NCBI RefSeq assembly: GCF_021028975.2
Contig: NC_059428.1
Span: 47,678,001 to 47,742,000, forward strand
Length of the DNA stretch: 64,000 nt
Source of the DNA: Sphaerodactylus townsendi
Taxonomy: Eukaryota
Reading direction: 5' to 3'
Position numbers and translations under genes: made by a program. The notes beneath the pieces were generated by a model. The model did not search any database and had not been told where the DNA came from. It saw only the letters and a program-made list of their open reading frames with translations. Each line of letters starts with the position of its first letter. Position 1 is the stretch's first letter. Shown here piece by piece: positions 48,901 through 63,340 of the stretch.

Positions 48901-51900
48901 ACAGAGCTGACCTCCGAATTGATACGCCGTTGCAGAAAGGCCCCTGGGGTGGAAGATTTGTGTATCCTTACAAAGCTTTATCGTCTTCTTGGAACTACTC
49001 TAGAGGACACTTTCCGGAGATTGGGCAGGGAGGGATGAGAAGGGCCAGCTACCCTGCCTGCTTGAATTTCTTTGATACAATTTTTTGTTCCAGCCACCCT
49101 GGAGCAAGTCCTAGCGGCAGTTCCCGATGGTGGCGCCTTGGAGCCTGCGTAAGGAATTCTAAAACCTTGGTGAATCCATCTAATAGAAATGGCTGCCACC
49201 TCCTGGGTAAGCTTGGAGTAGTGGGGCAGAGACCTTCACGGGGCTGACCAGGCGGGTGGGAGTCAGTATCCCTCTGCCTCAGCAGAAGTTTGCTTGAGAT
49301 TCCCGACCCTCCGTCCCTTTCCTGTTGGGGCTGGTGATGGGCGGAGCACCTGAGACTGGGCAGGATTTCCCTTTGGGCAATTGATCGTGGGTGGGAACCA
49401 GCACAGCTCACAGGCATGTCTCAAACTTGCATTTGCTCTGTAGCGCGCTACAGTAAACTCCCAGCACATGGCCTGTGCCTTGAAAAAATGAGGCGTTCTT
49501 GTTGGAGGAAGACTGCTGGGACGGCATTGGGCTGCACAAATCACGCCCTATTATGAATAGATGCCAGCGTGTTTTATGCGTGTTGGAGAGCACTTTCACA
49601 GAAACTCACTCATCATGCAGCCTATTATGCGGCGGCCTCTCCAGCAATGGCTCTGGCCCTCATTCACGTTGATTATTGTAATTGGGCCAGCAACTGCCCA
49701 AGCTCTAAAGCGGATAAGCTGTCGGAAATGAGGCATAGCATATTCACGAGCGGATAGCCAGTTGATGAAGGACCGGTCCAACCCTAGGGGCTGTGAGGCT
49801 CTTGGCGGCAGATCCCCCCAGAAGCCGCCTGGAGCAGTCGAGACCACGAAGTCAAAAATATCTCGGCCATAGTAAATCCATCCAATGCTGCGTTCCTTTG
49901 ACCTTTTTTTGGGAGAGTGCCACCGGGTCCTGGTCACAAACCTTCGCCGTGGACCAGAACCGAATCATGATTCTGTCCCATCTCTGGCAGGGACCCAAGC
50001 TAAAGTCACGCCGTTTTGCCAAGGAAGGAGGCAACTTGAGGGAATACCCTCCCGGAAACCCAATAAAACCCCATCCGGGCTTCAGAGTCCTTCATCAGTG
50101 ACAACTCGCACTGGGCGAGGGTGTCCGCGATGTTTCCGTGAACCCTGTGATGTTTGGTCTTCGCGCTTCGGGACCTGCTGGTGAAGCAGTCCGGTCTTCT
50201 TCTTCCTCACCGTCCAGTGCGGGAATTTTAGAGTTCCCTTGTTCCTGGTGGCTGTCAACCTGGTCAGGAATAGGAAAAACCTCCCCTTCCCTACAGAATC
50301 CTGCACAGCGCATGTGAGCTAAAGTGGTGGAGAGAGCCGGAATCCGACTGACTGGTCACGCGAACATCGAACTACCACTAAGCTGCTTTTGGACAGCTGC
50401 ATCGCCGATTTGGCCATGGATTCGCAGTAAGCGTTCCCCATGTGAACTAAAGGGTTGCCGCTATTAACCTTGGGGGGGGCAGCTTCCGCAATGGCTGTTT
50501 TTGGCCAGCTGCCATACCGCTGGTGGAGGTGGCAATAAAGGCTTGAGCCTGGCTAACAGCACGCTTAGAGCTCTGCTCTCTTACACTGCTGCTGGGTCTG
50601 GGGGCCACCGGCGTCCTTGGTGGTCGCTTGCTGGTGGTGGTGCCATTGGCTGTAACCCTTGGGGCCCCGCTACTGCGTGTTCTATGGATGGGGCTGCCAG
50701 GCTCTGCCTGTGCAGCCGCCGCTGTCACAGAGACCCTGGCCTTTTTGGCTGGGGCACCTTTGGATGCCTCCGTGGGTTTTTCCCTATTGGCCCTGGTGGC
50801 TCTGCTTGCCCTCTGCTCCTTTGCAGGGGCCTCCACCCCTTTAGCTGCTGTAGGAGCCATACTGCCAGCTGTATGCTGAAAGAAAACCCAGTGCTTAAGG
50901 AGAACAGTGGGCCGGACTGGGAAGGGATGGTGGTGTATTAAGTGCCAGCAACCGAGAAGAGTACACCCTAGTAACTAGCCTTGTAAATGCGGCAGGGAAG
51001 GATAGGAAAAAAGGAGCAGCAGTATACGTTATGCAATGCTTCTGGCGATGAATTCCCCATCCCAGCAAACTTTATAAAACGACAGTAAACAGCAACAACA
51101 GAAAGTGCCTGAAACATGAACCGAGACAAAAAGGGGGTGGGGTGGGGAATTTGGCGCCGGAAGTTGAGGAAAACCGTAGTAGCTCCCTCATGCCACCCCC
51201 CCCCCCTTTCCGCTAAGGAATAATGGCTCGCGGCTGCAGCAGGTGGCTAAAAAAATGGGTCAGCTGATCCCCCCTGGGCGGCAAGAATATAAGGCCAACA
51301 CAGCCAGGTTTTCCCGCCATCCGCTGGCGGAAGAGGGCCGCCCGTTCCGCCTATGGCCGGGCGGGAAGTAGCCGGAATAGCCGCCCGGCCTGCCCCAATT
51401 CCGGAAGAAGGCAGCGGTGCAGGGCGCCAGCGGACTTGGGTTGCGGGCTGGCGGAGGCGCCGAGGCCGATGCCGCCGGTTTGAAGCCCGCCCTTAAAAGC
51501 CGTGAGGCCGGGCGGAAGGCGCCCGCTACCCAGAAGAAGCGCCATAGGTGCAGCTGGGTTGGCGCAAGAAGGCTTCGCCAGCCATCCTCAGGACCCCACG
51601 GAATTCGAAACAGCCCCGCTGGAGTAGCGGGAGCATGGACGGTAGCGGCATGCGGCCAGTCGCCGGACCCCCCCCCCCCCCCCCCCACCGGAAGGCGGGC
51701 CGCGGGTGCTGCGAAGGCCGGGCGAGCCGAATTCGGCGGCCATGCCGCCCGACTTACTACCATATATACAAAAGTAGGACGCGATGGCGTGAGACCGGAT
51801 TTTAATGCAGGCGCCCGCCACAGCCGGGCTTCCGCTTTACCCGAAGAAGCGCCGCGGGGCCAGCGGGGTAGCGAAGATAGCGCCCGCCGGGCCGCCCGGG

Positions 51901-52700
51901 GAGGTCAGGCGTGTGCAAGTATGCTGGTAGCGAGGCTTCGCTGTAAGAAGCGCAGCCGCTAGAACTCAACCAGAAAAAAGGCAGGCGCTGGTCTTGGCGC
52001 GGACCGGCGCCAAGGCATGAGGCCAGCGCCGCCGGGCCCCCCCACCTCACCGGAGGAAGGCCATGGCTCACCGGAGTTCCGCGCTTAGGGCGGTATTGTA
52101 GCCGATGGCCAGCGCCGTCCGGGCCTCACCCGAGTGGGCTGCGGGGCCGGGCGGCGGAGCGGCGTATAAGCGAAAGAACGCGGATCCCCACCGCGCAAGG
52201 CCCGGCGTAACGGCAAGGGAAAGGAAATGCGCCGTGGTTGGTGAAGAGAAGCCTTTGCCAGGACCGCTTCCAATCCCTGACTGACCTCGGGACCAGGCCT
52301 TGGCCAGCGCACAGAGCTGGCGGCAGGAACGAGGCAAGGAGGGGAGGGAATAGTAAAAGGCAAAGCCGCCATTACTTACCTCACAGCAACGTGTTACCGC
52401 TTCCCGTGGGTCAACGTGTTTGCTCTGGCAAAATAGGAGGTTTAGAGCAGGACAATGACCCTAAAATAGAAGCTGCCTGGCCCTTCCTCACTCCAGTGCG
52501 ACGTCCAGGCTTAAGGCCGCCGTCACCTGGCTCCCTGGAGGGCTTTGCCCTACAACGCTGAAGTCCAGAAACCTGCAGCGAAAGCTGTTGGGAGCTCGCT
52601 GAGGCAGCAATGAGAGGCGGCAGCCACCTAGGAGGCTGTCCCTTCCCCGCCAGCAATGGCGGCCGCGTTAATTCGCAGCCGCTCTTTAAGGGAGTAAATA
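45945..52700 (-). mobile_element. Ngaro-type (DIRS order) tyrosine-recombinase retrotransposon with split direct repeats, frameshifted
   Basis: Minus-strand order: A1 (~52370-52700); gag-like region with Cys/His knuckle (CWEF...HACELC, ~49400-49470); RT (KCDIQSA.LPIHPNDFCLLG, HYLD); RNase H (FLARHVPGVDNNIADALSR, ~47850-47905); YR C-terminus (PHS...GAAST...IQSLGRWRSS.YKTYIR, ~47610-47740); SGNH-like remnant (RGMR, PDVL); B1 (~46640-47060); A2 (~46330-46620); B2 (~45945-46320). Confidence 0.88.
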
Positions 52701-53466
52701 TTAGTTGACACTTGTATATTTATTTATAAAGGGAAAAGAGTGAACATCACTGTTGGTGGCCACGGATAGAAGGGTCATCGCACCCTTCATGTCCTAAAAC
52801 TCAGGTATCTAAAAAAAATCTCTACCCATATATTCCCATGGGCCAGATGTAGTCTTTAAGGGTCCCCTTTAAGGGTTTCCCCTGCTGAAAGTGACCCGCC
52901 TAGCACTGACAAGGATCCATGCTTTCTCAGTGATTCTTCTATTGTATGGAATGGGTTTCTCAAGAAAGGCAGCACTATTCTTGGAAACCTTTAGGAGGTA
53001 CTATAAAGTTTATTTTACTCACAAAAGCTTTTGAGTGTAAACTGCAGACATCTTATTACATTCGAGGAGAATTATGAATGTATTGTTTTCAGTTGTGAAT
53101 TGTAAGCCATCTTGAACCATGGAGGAAAGTGGGATACAAATGTTTCATTAACAAAAAATCTCATAGTCAATATTGTGTAGTTGACACTTTACTCATCAGG
53201 CTGATGCTCAGTTGCCAAGAGAAACCAGCATTTGTACTAGCTAGCTTTTTCATTTCTTCCTTTCAAGTAGTATGAAGAACAGATTTGAATCTGAAATCAT
53301 TTACTCTCCTCCCTACTCTGAAGTAACCCATTATATTAATTTGTAGCCTCCTACTGCCCTGTCTCTATCTTTGAAGGAAGAAGTCTTACCCAGCAGTCTT
53401 CAGTGGAAGCATTTGCAGATATGAAAATAAAGTATTACAAGCAGAGTTTATTTATAAGCTTGCTAA

Positions 53467-53622
<156 letters not shown>

Positions 53623-53790
53623 TAACACATTAGTGAACTATAATTATTGGTGCATCAGTTTGTGAATGCTGTGTGAAGTGATTTTATCTACTTATTTAAC
53701 TTAAGTTAACAGCAGTTGATATAGCTTCTCAGGTTTCCTCTGATAAAATGTAGATCTAGGATGAAGGTGAAGGAACATGAAAACCAAGTA

Positions 53791-54927
53791 CCGTATATAC
53801 TCGCGTATAAGTCGAGTTTTCAGCCCTTTTTTAAGGCTGAAAAATGCTCCCTTGACTTAAATGCGTGAGTCAGGGTGAGGTCAGCCCTTCCGCCTTTCCC
53901 ATCCTGCTCACCTTTGCGTGTGCAGAAGTCCCCCTCCCAGGAATCGCCAGTATTTGCCTAGGAACATCCTGGGCACAACCATTCCAGTCACGTGGGGAGC
54001 GCCAAATTGTCCCCACACACAGACTGAAGTATTCCAGCCTTCCAGCCTAAACTTTCATTGGCATCAGGCTGCCTCAAACTTCCTGGTTTGTCTTTTTGAC
54101 CTTCCTCTCACTCCCAACTCTGCTCATGTTGTGCCTTGGCCCCGCCTACACAGTTGCTCTGTTGGCCACTAGCTAGAGAAATAGTGGCGACTCAAGTCCC
54201 AGGCTGGTAAGTTATGGGAAATGTTTTTGTGAGGGTGAGGGGTGTATTGTGAGAGTTACATGGATACACTAGTGTGGGAAATGTTTGCTTAAAGTGAGCT
54301 GGCTTAGTTTTCCTTCATTTTCTTCTCCCTCCTTTCCACTCAACCGCATTCATGTGCAGCCTTACTCCATAGTAGCCCCGGTGAGCTGCACAAGGCGTAT
54401 GCAGTAAGGCTGCCCATGGAAGCCCCGTTGAGATACAGTTCGTCCATCCCGTTACGGTGTTGCTGCTAATAAGAAGGGTGGGAAGCTTTAAAACTATTTG
54501 TTTGCAGCACTGGAAGGTTAAAAACTGTTGGAGCTGTTTGCTAGAGAGGCTGAGCAGGAAGGGAGGGGGTGGGAAAGGGTAAACAAGGGGAGTTTGCTTA
54601 GTCTTAGAGAAAAAGAGCAAGAAGGGCTTCAGATATACAGCCCATGAGCTGACTTTAGTTTTCCTTCATTTTCTTCTCCCTCCTTATTGTTCTTGTAGTT
54701 TACTGTTTTTCTTTGAAATAAATATAAATATTCAAAAACATTTAACATATTGAAGCCCCAATTAATGTAATTTTATTGGTATCTATTTTTTATTTTTGAA
54801 ATTTACCAGTTGCTGCTGCATTTCCCACCCTCGACTTATACACGAGTCAATAAGTTTTCCCAGTTTTTGTAGTAAAATTAGGTGCCTCGACTTATACTCA
54901 GGTTGACTTATCCACAAGTATATACGG
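53791..54927. mobile_element. Tc1/mariner (pogo/Tigger-like) non-autonomous element, same TIR family as 39562
   Basis: TA|CCGTATATACTCGCGTATAAG...CAAGTATATACGG|TA; shared sub-terminal GGTGCCTCG(A/G)CTTATA. Confidence 0.85.
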
Positions 54928-55457
54928 TATGTGTTAACTGCTTTTTCTGGGCAGTTCATTTGCAGCACATTATTCCTGTGTACCATATATTTATTGCTTT
55001 ATAGATATTTTTATGGAGAAACATCCTAACTTGAATGGTAAAACCTGTGAACTTAATCCTTGTTCTGCCCAATAAGTAACTCATATCACTTGTTAATATT
55101 AGCAAACAAGAAACTATTTTCTGATAGTTACAAATACCATCTTATGAACCCTTATCAGTACAAGGGATTGCCAGTAGATGGCAAAATTAGCTTCCCAGTT
55201 ATGTACATTCAGAAGTACTTTGTACGTGCAAACAAGAATCTCTAGATTGGTTTCTTCTGCTGGACAAAATTTGTGTAGATACAGGGGGGAAAAGTACTGA
55301 AATCAAAGCACTGCTATCATATCAATACTTATGTGAAAATACATCTGCAAGGTAATTGAGGTTCACTCTCAAGTTTATGCGCTGGAAATCCTATTCACAT
55401 TTACTTCGAAGTAGGTTTTAATTAAAATTATTAATTATGCCTAAAAAGTACTACAAG

Positions 55458-55628
55458 TAGGGTTGTCAACATCCAAATGGGTCCTGGAGTTCTCCCAGAA
55501 TTGCAACTGATCTATAGACTACAGAGATCTGGAGAATTTTATCTGCTTTGGAGAGTGGACTGTGTCATGGTATATGCCGTACTTCCCAGTCTCTCCAGGA
55601 ACCTCCAATCCCAGAGTTGGCAATCTTA
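55458..55628. mobile_element. hAT MITE (TAGGGTTGCCAA-type TIR)
   Basis: TAGGGTTGTCAAC...GTTGGCAATCTTA; 8-bp TSD ACTACAAG / GCTACAAG (7 of 8 identical). Confidence 0.75.
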
Positions 55629-56122
55629 GCTACAAGTCTTATTTTTAAATCCCCTGCCAAATTGTTCCAATGGCAACATAACTGAGGGCAGGTGAAATAT
55701 GTTTATAATATTAGGGATTCTGTCGAGAATGAATAGTTCTCTCTCTATGTCAAATAGGTGTCTGGATCAATCAGATGTCAGGAATGTTCCTGAAATGCCC
55801 TCAGTCGTGCCGGCTTCCTCCTGGATACCAGTGCAGTACAACAGAGTAGAAACAATACAACAGATTGTTGATATATACCACCTCTGATCTGCTAATCAGA
55901 TGTCTGTGGCAAACCGTTTCTGTCTGCAAGGTTTTTCTGTAGACAGAAAGTTGGTCTACACAGACCTTTGATTTAATACACAGTTTTCAAGTTTTATCCT
56001 TCCCTTGTAGTTTACTTGCAAATGGAACTGTAGGTTTGATTGGTGGTGAACGTTTTCTTGTTATATTTTCATCACACAGATGAATGTGCTCATCTCTTAA
56101 TTCCTGTTCAACAGTGTAGTGA

Positions 56123-56317
<195 letters not shown>

Positions 56318-59300
56318 TAAATTTGAGCTGCTTTATGATTTTATTTTCAATTTTTGGAAAGATGCACTTTTTCCTAGCTTTTTTTATATTTGTGGCAAAA
56401 GTATTGCTTATAAACTATTCACTTAATTCTTTTATTCAGGACAGATTATTGCTCAGTGGTGCCTACCTATATTTAAAAAAAATTAATTCAGTAAGCTGTC
56501 CCATTATGTATAATATTAAAAATGTCACATGATGCAGTTCAGAGGAAAAACAGAAATCAGGGGCATATATCATTAGCTACAAGTAACTGTTATATAAACT
56601 TCTAAATTCTATAAGACAGAAGGCTGGTTTTTTTGTTTTGTTTTAAATCTTAATTAGAAAAGCAAAGGAAATTTTGCATGCATGGTCCAGAATATGTAGG
56701 AGCAATTGATTAGCTCAAAAAGTGAACATATATAGATCTCCCTAAGCCTGAATAATGTAAAATAGCATTTGTTTCTAAACCTTTTTAAATTACATAAATT
56801 GAGAAGAGAATCTAAACCTTTTTAACAGTTAATGAAGGGATCCCATTTAATGATTGATCTTAAAATATAGTTGGCTTCTGATTTATAACACCGAGTTATC
56901 TTAGCTGAGTTCTTGAAATTAATGCATAGCTATTTGAGGGAATTATTTCATGGATCTTTGCCAAAGATCCAATGCTATTGTCTATAGCATGCTAATAATA
57001 TTATAAACATTCCTGTTGAATAGTGTTTCAGTGGGAGAAGCACATGTCAGCAGTAGAATGTATATTGGGCATTAACAGGGGTCCAGGTTCATTTCCTAGC
57101 ATCTCCAGTTAAAGGATCTTTAGCAGCAACATCCTTTCATAGAGGATTAAGTGGATCAGTGGTATAAGGCACCTTGGTAGTATTTTTTCAAACAGTAGTT
57201 TCTTATGAACATTTGTGATGGTAAGCACAAATGTTATGCATTGTAATGCAGCAATGGTTTGATATGCTTTAAAATGCATTTGTATAATAAAGTCCACCTT
57301 TGTTTTTAAGGTGTGTAAACAGAAGAAGGCAAGAAAAATGACAGAATAAAAAAGGTAGGGAGGAGAGGAAAGGGCTCATGCTTTCTTGATTACATTTGCT
57401 TTGCTCAAAATGAGGCAGCTGGCTTAGTGGCTGGAGCATGGGAATGGGAATCAAGAAATGTATATCCTTAGGCATGATGCCTGTCCCCACCAATGCAAAG
57501 TTGGGACATGAGTTATTTATCTGGATGGTAGGTGATATCTCAGGTCGGTCCCAAAGGGATAACACTAACTCATCTTTCATAGAGTTCCTTGTGTTCTTGT
57601 TGAAAACCACTAAATCTTGGAACTGAAATAATGTAATTGAATTCACATGTCTGTCAAGGGTTTACTGGGCCACTGAGTGCAGTTTAGGATCAACTGCGAT
57701 AAAGTGCAGTTGCAAGAATTTACTGGCCTCTTCAGGAGCTCCAATTTCCCTACCATGTGAGTGCTTGCTTTTTTCCAAAAATATTTGGCACACTGACTAA
57801 ATTTATTATGGCAACTCTATAGCATTATTCTGTGATACAAAATGAATAACTATTCATCAATTTACTTACTGGTATTCCACATTTGTATCCTTGTTTAATG
57901 GTAGGCATACATTTAATGCTATACATGAAATTGGGTAGCAGATATTTATGAAAATTCTTACATTCCTGCATAGGTCAAACTTTTTTTCGCTTTTCTTAGC
58001 TGGAATCTTTTCAAGCAGTATCTAAATGAATCTGTTATATTTACAGAAATATAAAATTTCCTAGTATCTCAAGAAAATATAAAATTTCCTAGCAACTCAA
58101 GAAAAGTACATGTTTCATATTGACCAACCAATCTTTAAACTAAAAGAACAGGTTAAAAGATGGGAGAAGCATCTTTCTTATCTGTCCTAACTGATCCAAT
58201 CAGTTGCAGTTTCTAAATCCATTAGTTTCCTGAGAACATTAAACAATTCTAAGCATAATTACACCTTTCTAACCCTGTTGACTTTCATAGACAAGGAACT
58301 ATTAACTCATTTTCGGATTGCACTATTGGTTTCCCAAACAGTAGTTTTACATTCTCTATTGTTCTTGGAAGGCATAGGATAGTGTCATTTGACACTTTCT
58401 ATCTCCAAGCAAACTTTCGTTGTAACAGAAAAAAGATCTTGATGCTTATAGCTAACAGAATTCTGGAAGATTCTGTTGAAAATACTAGAAACATCTGGCT
58501 TTAAGTCATATTCAGGACAGCAAGGTCAGAAGTTCACTCACCTTTAAAATTAAATATAAATATATGAAGATCAGATGTAAAATAAATCCATGTCTTTAGT
58601 GCTACAATGGAGGCTGTTTTTAGTACCACTGAGTCAAAAATATCCTAAATGCTGCTTGCATTCACTTTTCCTGTTCCTTCTGAGTAAACAAGCCAGCTTT
58701 TTATTTGTTTTCTAATTTTGCATGTACTAAACCTGCATGTTGTTATAGCACTATAAAAAAGTGTTTGAGTTAAGAAGGATGTTTCCATTCTCTCCTGGCA
58801 TGTTTGGAAACTTGAGACAGATGGTCGTATTTTTTTCCTCAGATCCTGTTTATTACAGCATTGTCTAAAATGTTGCCCAAATATCTGATTCCAAAGAGAA
58901 CAAACATACCAGCAGCATGGAAACACACAGATACCCAGTGTGTTCATGTTACAGTGCAATCTTAAGCAGTGAATGGATTTAGAAGTGTGTACTTCTGTTT
59001 AGGATTGCACTGGAAGTTAATTGCTACTTTTCATTTTGTTCTCCATTGTTGGCTGGGAGTCTTTGGAAAAAATGGTTGCTATGCAGTGATCTCTGAGATT
59101 CTCCCTTTCTAGTATTATTTCTTGTAGACTGCTTGTAGAAGCAGAAAGCAATGACAGCAACAGTGTGGTTATTTGTGTGTACAAGGAATAAAATGGAAAC
59201 AGTAATCTATTTGGATTGAGTTTTTTTCTTTTTCCATATTACTTTTGATTTTACATCCTTACAACTAATTTTATCTTATGATTACCATTTTTATAATTCT

Positions 59301-59594
59301 ATAGAGTGTTATAATTATCTGCTGAGATAGTCAATCATAAAGGCATCAATGGGTCTATTCCAACTATGTGCCTTTGTGCCTGTGATCTTGTATATGTAGG
59401 CTGAACTTTTGCTAATTTGAAATCCTAGAACTACTTCAGATGTTACCAATTACCTTCTGCACATCACAGTGATGACCATCAGAAAAAAATAGTGAATGTA
59501 AAAAACTAATAAAACAAAGAAATTTGTTCCTTAGGCCAAATATGACTTGGTTTGTGAGTCCATACTAGACAGGGGAAACTGCAATATCAGATAG

Positions 59595-59795
<201 letters not shown>

Positions 59796-61860
59796 CAAGG
59801 AGTCATGCAGCAGCTTTAAAACAAAGCCTGCAGTGTGGAAAAGTGAAACCCAGATTCAGTATCATTTTCTAAAATGATGAAAACAATGCTATTCTTAAAA
59901 ATTGCTGGGAAAGACACTAAGAGTGCCTTGGAATTGCAGCAGTAAGAATAGTGTTGATGAATTCAACTATCTTGATTCACCAGCTCATCTTCAAGAGTTT
60001 ATGTGGACTAAGAAAATGTTTATTAATAGAACTATTGATAAGTTCCTGAATTTTTTCTGTGCCGGAACAGAAAAACTGTAGCTCTGAAGACCTTTCCAAG
60101 ACCAACATGTGCACCTACAATGACTGTTTCTGGTTATGCTTAGCAACCAGTATTTCTACATTTAATATTTCAGAGATTTATTTGGAAGGCTTGTGCAAAT
60201 GAAAAGTATGAACTATACATTTCAACTATTTTTATATTTTTTATAGGAGGTTTGGAAATTTGGGTTAACAGAACTATTTTGAAATATTGAGGTTCATACT
60301 TAATTTTCACAAGCAAAACATACTTCTGAATGTCATTTTTTTTCTTTGCAACTGCAGTACAGTTTGCCTATGCTTCACAAGTTGCCCTTGCTGTTGCTGT
60401 GTTGATATTGTCTATCGTCATGATCAGCCAGAGGAACTGCATGCTCGAATGAGTGCTGCAGTTGTTTTTACTCAAGCTGAAAAGCTTATTCCAGAAGCTG
60501 GTGCTACATACAGTGAACCCATGCCAGTCACTGGGATCACACCAATCATATGTTCCGAAGATGAGCAGGAAGACTGAATCCCTACCCCTTGTTCTAACTT
60601 CTGGATGGCTGATGATTAGAATAATTCCAAACAATCTGGGATGCCGTGCACTTAGTCGCAGTTTCTGAAGTGGGCTTTTCCATGGGGGTGGGGGGCGGGG
60701 ACAGACAACAAGCATTGCACGCATTAATAGGATGTGCATTTCCTCTTGTCAAATTGGGGTGACTTGTCTCTTGATCTCCTGATAAATGAGACTATATGTA
60801 AAATTATGATGGTTTTGCTCGTGGAATATGTTGTAACCTCAAAATAATTTTCTGTCCAAAGACCTAAAATGGCAAGCGACTAAAATTGGAAGCAATTAGC
60901 CCTTCCTCGATTAGGTTATATCTGTTTCCTGTAATGCTGACCCAACTTTTTTGCAGCTCATTATACTTTCTTGCTCACATTCAGAGCTCTACTGTGCGCG
61001 TATCTGTGTAGGTCAGCTTTGTATAAGCGTGTGGGCACATATGTGGTCTTGGCACTAAAGTGATTGAGAATGCTTTTGGTTATGCTGGAGCTGAAATGTG
61101 TACATCAAAGCACTCTAAAAATTTAGATGGTGCCCTGTCCAGTGTGGCCGTCTTTAACAAACTGAGAATGGCATAGAAGTACAGAAATATTTATTTGTTC
61201 TGTATGCATGGATCCTATTTGAAATTAACTCCTGCATCATAAATAAAACTGGCACAATTGAAATATTAAGATCTGTTATTAAGTTCTGTGACTTCACACT
61301 TTTTGTGTACAAACAGTAATATTAAAATTTATCCAAAATATTATATTTAATAGAACATTGTGGTCAAATAGTTTTGAATTCAAAGCTGGCTATTTCCCCT
61401 TTTTTTCCGAGCATGTATGTCGAAAACTGATGTAAACGTTAATTAGTACCACAATCATTTTAAAAGTACTGTGAATTTTAGTTTAGGAAAAAATAAGCCA
61501 AAATGACCCATAAGATGGTTCAAAGACTAGTCCAAGGCTTTCTGTTTTGGGAAACAATCTTTTAATGGAGCTTGATAGTTTCAGCCCTTTCACTGAAAGA
61601 TATTTTTCTGCCAGTTCTTTCCCCTATTAACATGCATTACAATTCAAAGGATTTTCTGGGAACACAAAAGGAAAAAAACCCAGCCTTTTAAATATACAAC
61701 ATGTGTGCTCCATGTATTTGTTTATGACTGTTAAATATATGTTTGCTTTGGGCCCAAACTAATTTTTTGTGTATTAATGTAATGAACTGTTTTATTGTTT
61801 TTCCTTATGACTGTATTATTTGTTGAATGTCAAATCTAAACGTTTTATGCCTGCAGTAAA

Positions 61861-61877
61861 AATAAATATGAAATAAA
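61861..61877 (+). terminator. ARL13B: Candidate ARL13B polyadenylation signals (tandem AATAAA; another at 61242)
   Basis: AATAAA at 61861-61866 and 61872-61877, after a U-rich stretch ending a ~2 kb region with no obvious repeats. Confidence 0.5.
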
Positions 61878-62739
61878 GTCTTAATGCAATTTTTAAGGGC
61901 CAGTGGGATCTTACCCAGAGTCTGATTGAAGATGGATGAAATGAATACATGGTTTAGATATAGCAGTAGTGAGAAAATCATGTCCTGCCATGTGCAGTCA
62001 TCTGGCATGAAATATCCACTCCAGTCTTCCATCTATTTTTCTATATTCATTTATGTACTATTCCAGGATAGATACTGATTCCTTATCTCCCTACTTTTAT
62101 ACATCTTCACCCTAGGCATCTGGCTACATACCCCTTTCCTGTCTCTCTTGCTCTTTCTCACAGACACAGGATACGCTCTTAATAATGGCAGTGTCGTGGA
62201 ATATTAATTGATGTTTGTAATCTATTTTATCTAAGTATAGTTCCATTAACAAACATACCTCCTGGGAAGAAAGCCTGAAAGAGGAGTGGAACCATTTAAT
62301 GACTAAGGAAAGACCTGGTGCTTACCAGTCTTCTTGCTGCTCTAGTGGAAGGCCCTTTCATTTGACCATTGGCCATGTCCACTGTCTGAAAATCCACTGG
62401 CACCATGACACCGGGAATGATGTTTGGGGACCCTGCTCCAAGTGAACCTGCATAGTGTTATGTGATAAAATAGTTATGAGAGCAAGACCCAGAGTTGGAA
62501 ATGGTACAGCAAATAACCATACTGGATACAATTGGAATCCTATACCTTACTGCATTTCTACTCCATTCCATCTATTGTAGAGCTACTCTATGATAGTACC
62601 TACGCCTCTTGTGCTAAGTGCTTCTTGGTTCCTTGAAAGATATTGCTCATGTCAAGGCCTAGCAGCAGCAGTGGAGGACTGCATCTGCAATGGACAAAGA
62701 GGAGTGCAAGCAGAAATAAGTTACATAAACCAATCCTTT

Positions 62740-63340
62740 ATGATTTTATTTATTTTATTATATTTCTATGCCGCCCTTCCTCTTACTGGCTTAGGGTGGC
62801 TTACATCATGTAAAATACAATAAATACAGTTCATTAAAAATTTAACAACATTAGCACAACACTCTAAAATCGATGTTGAATAAGATATGTTAATGAGGGG
62901 AGACCAAAAGTTGGTAGAGATTATTCATTGTACCGTTTCCCCCTCGAACAGAAGTCTGGTGGAACAGTTTGTCTTGCAGCTCTGTCTGGTGGAATTGAAT
63001 CAAATCCTGCATGGCACTGGTCTCCTGAGACACTCCACCAGACTGGGCCCAGGACCAAGAATGCCCTGGCCTGGGTGATGCTAACTGCACCTCTTTCAGG
63101 CCAGGGATCACTAGTCAGTTATTTGCAGAATGGAGCACTCACTGGAAGATGTAACAGGAGCCAAAGGACACGGGTATAATCTTTAAACAGTATGAAGTAC
63201 TATTGTTCCATTTGTTTCTTGTAGAGTTCAATCTACCATTTTTTTGGCAGATGTTTGCTCATTTTGTTACTTTAAGTAGTAGCACTATTTGCATAGCATG
63301 TCCCTCAGAACTGTACTGTTTTCTTCAAAGCTACCAAGGT
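62740..63340 (-). mobile_element. Decayed L2 LINE 3' fragment
   Basis: (TTTTA)n tail at ~62744-62765 and a 3' structure similar to 9698-10200. Confidence 0.5.

Noticed and set aside
51150-52690. CpG island of a host gene promoter, and its GC-rich ORFs
   Set aside because: Lies inside the Ngaro element, between repeat A1 and the gag-like region.
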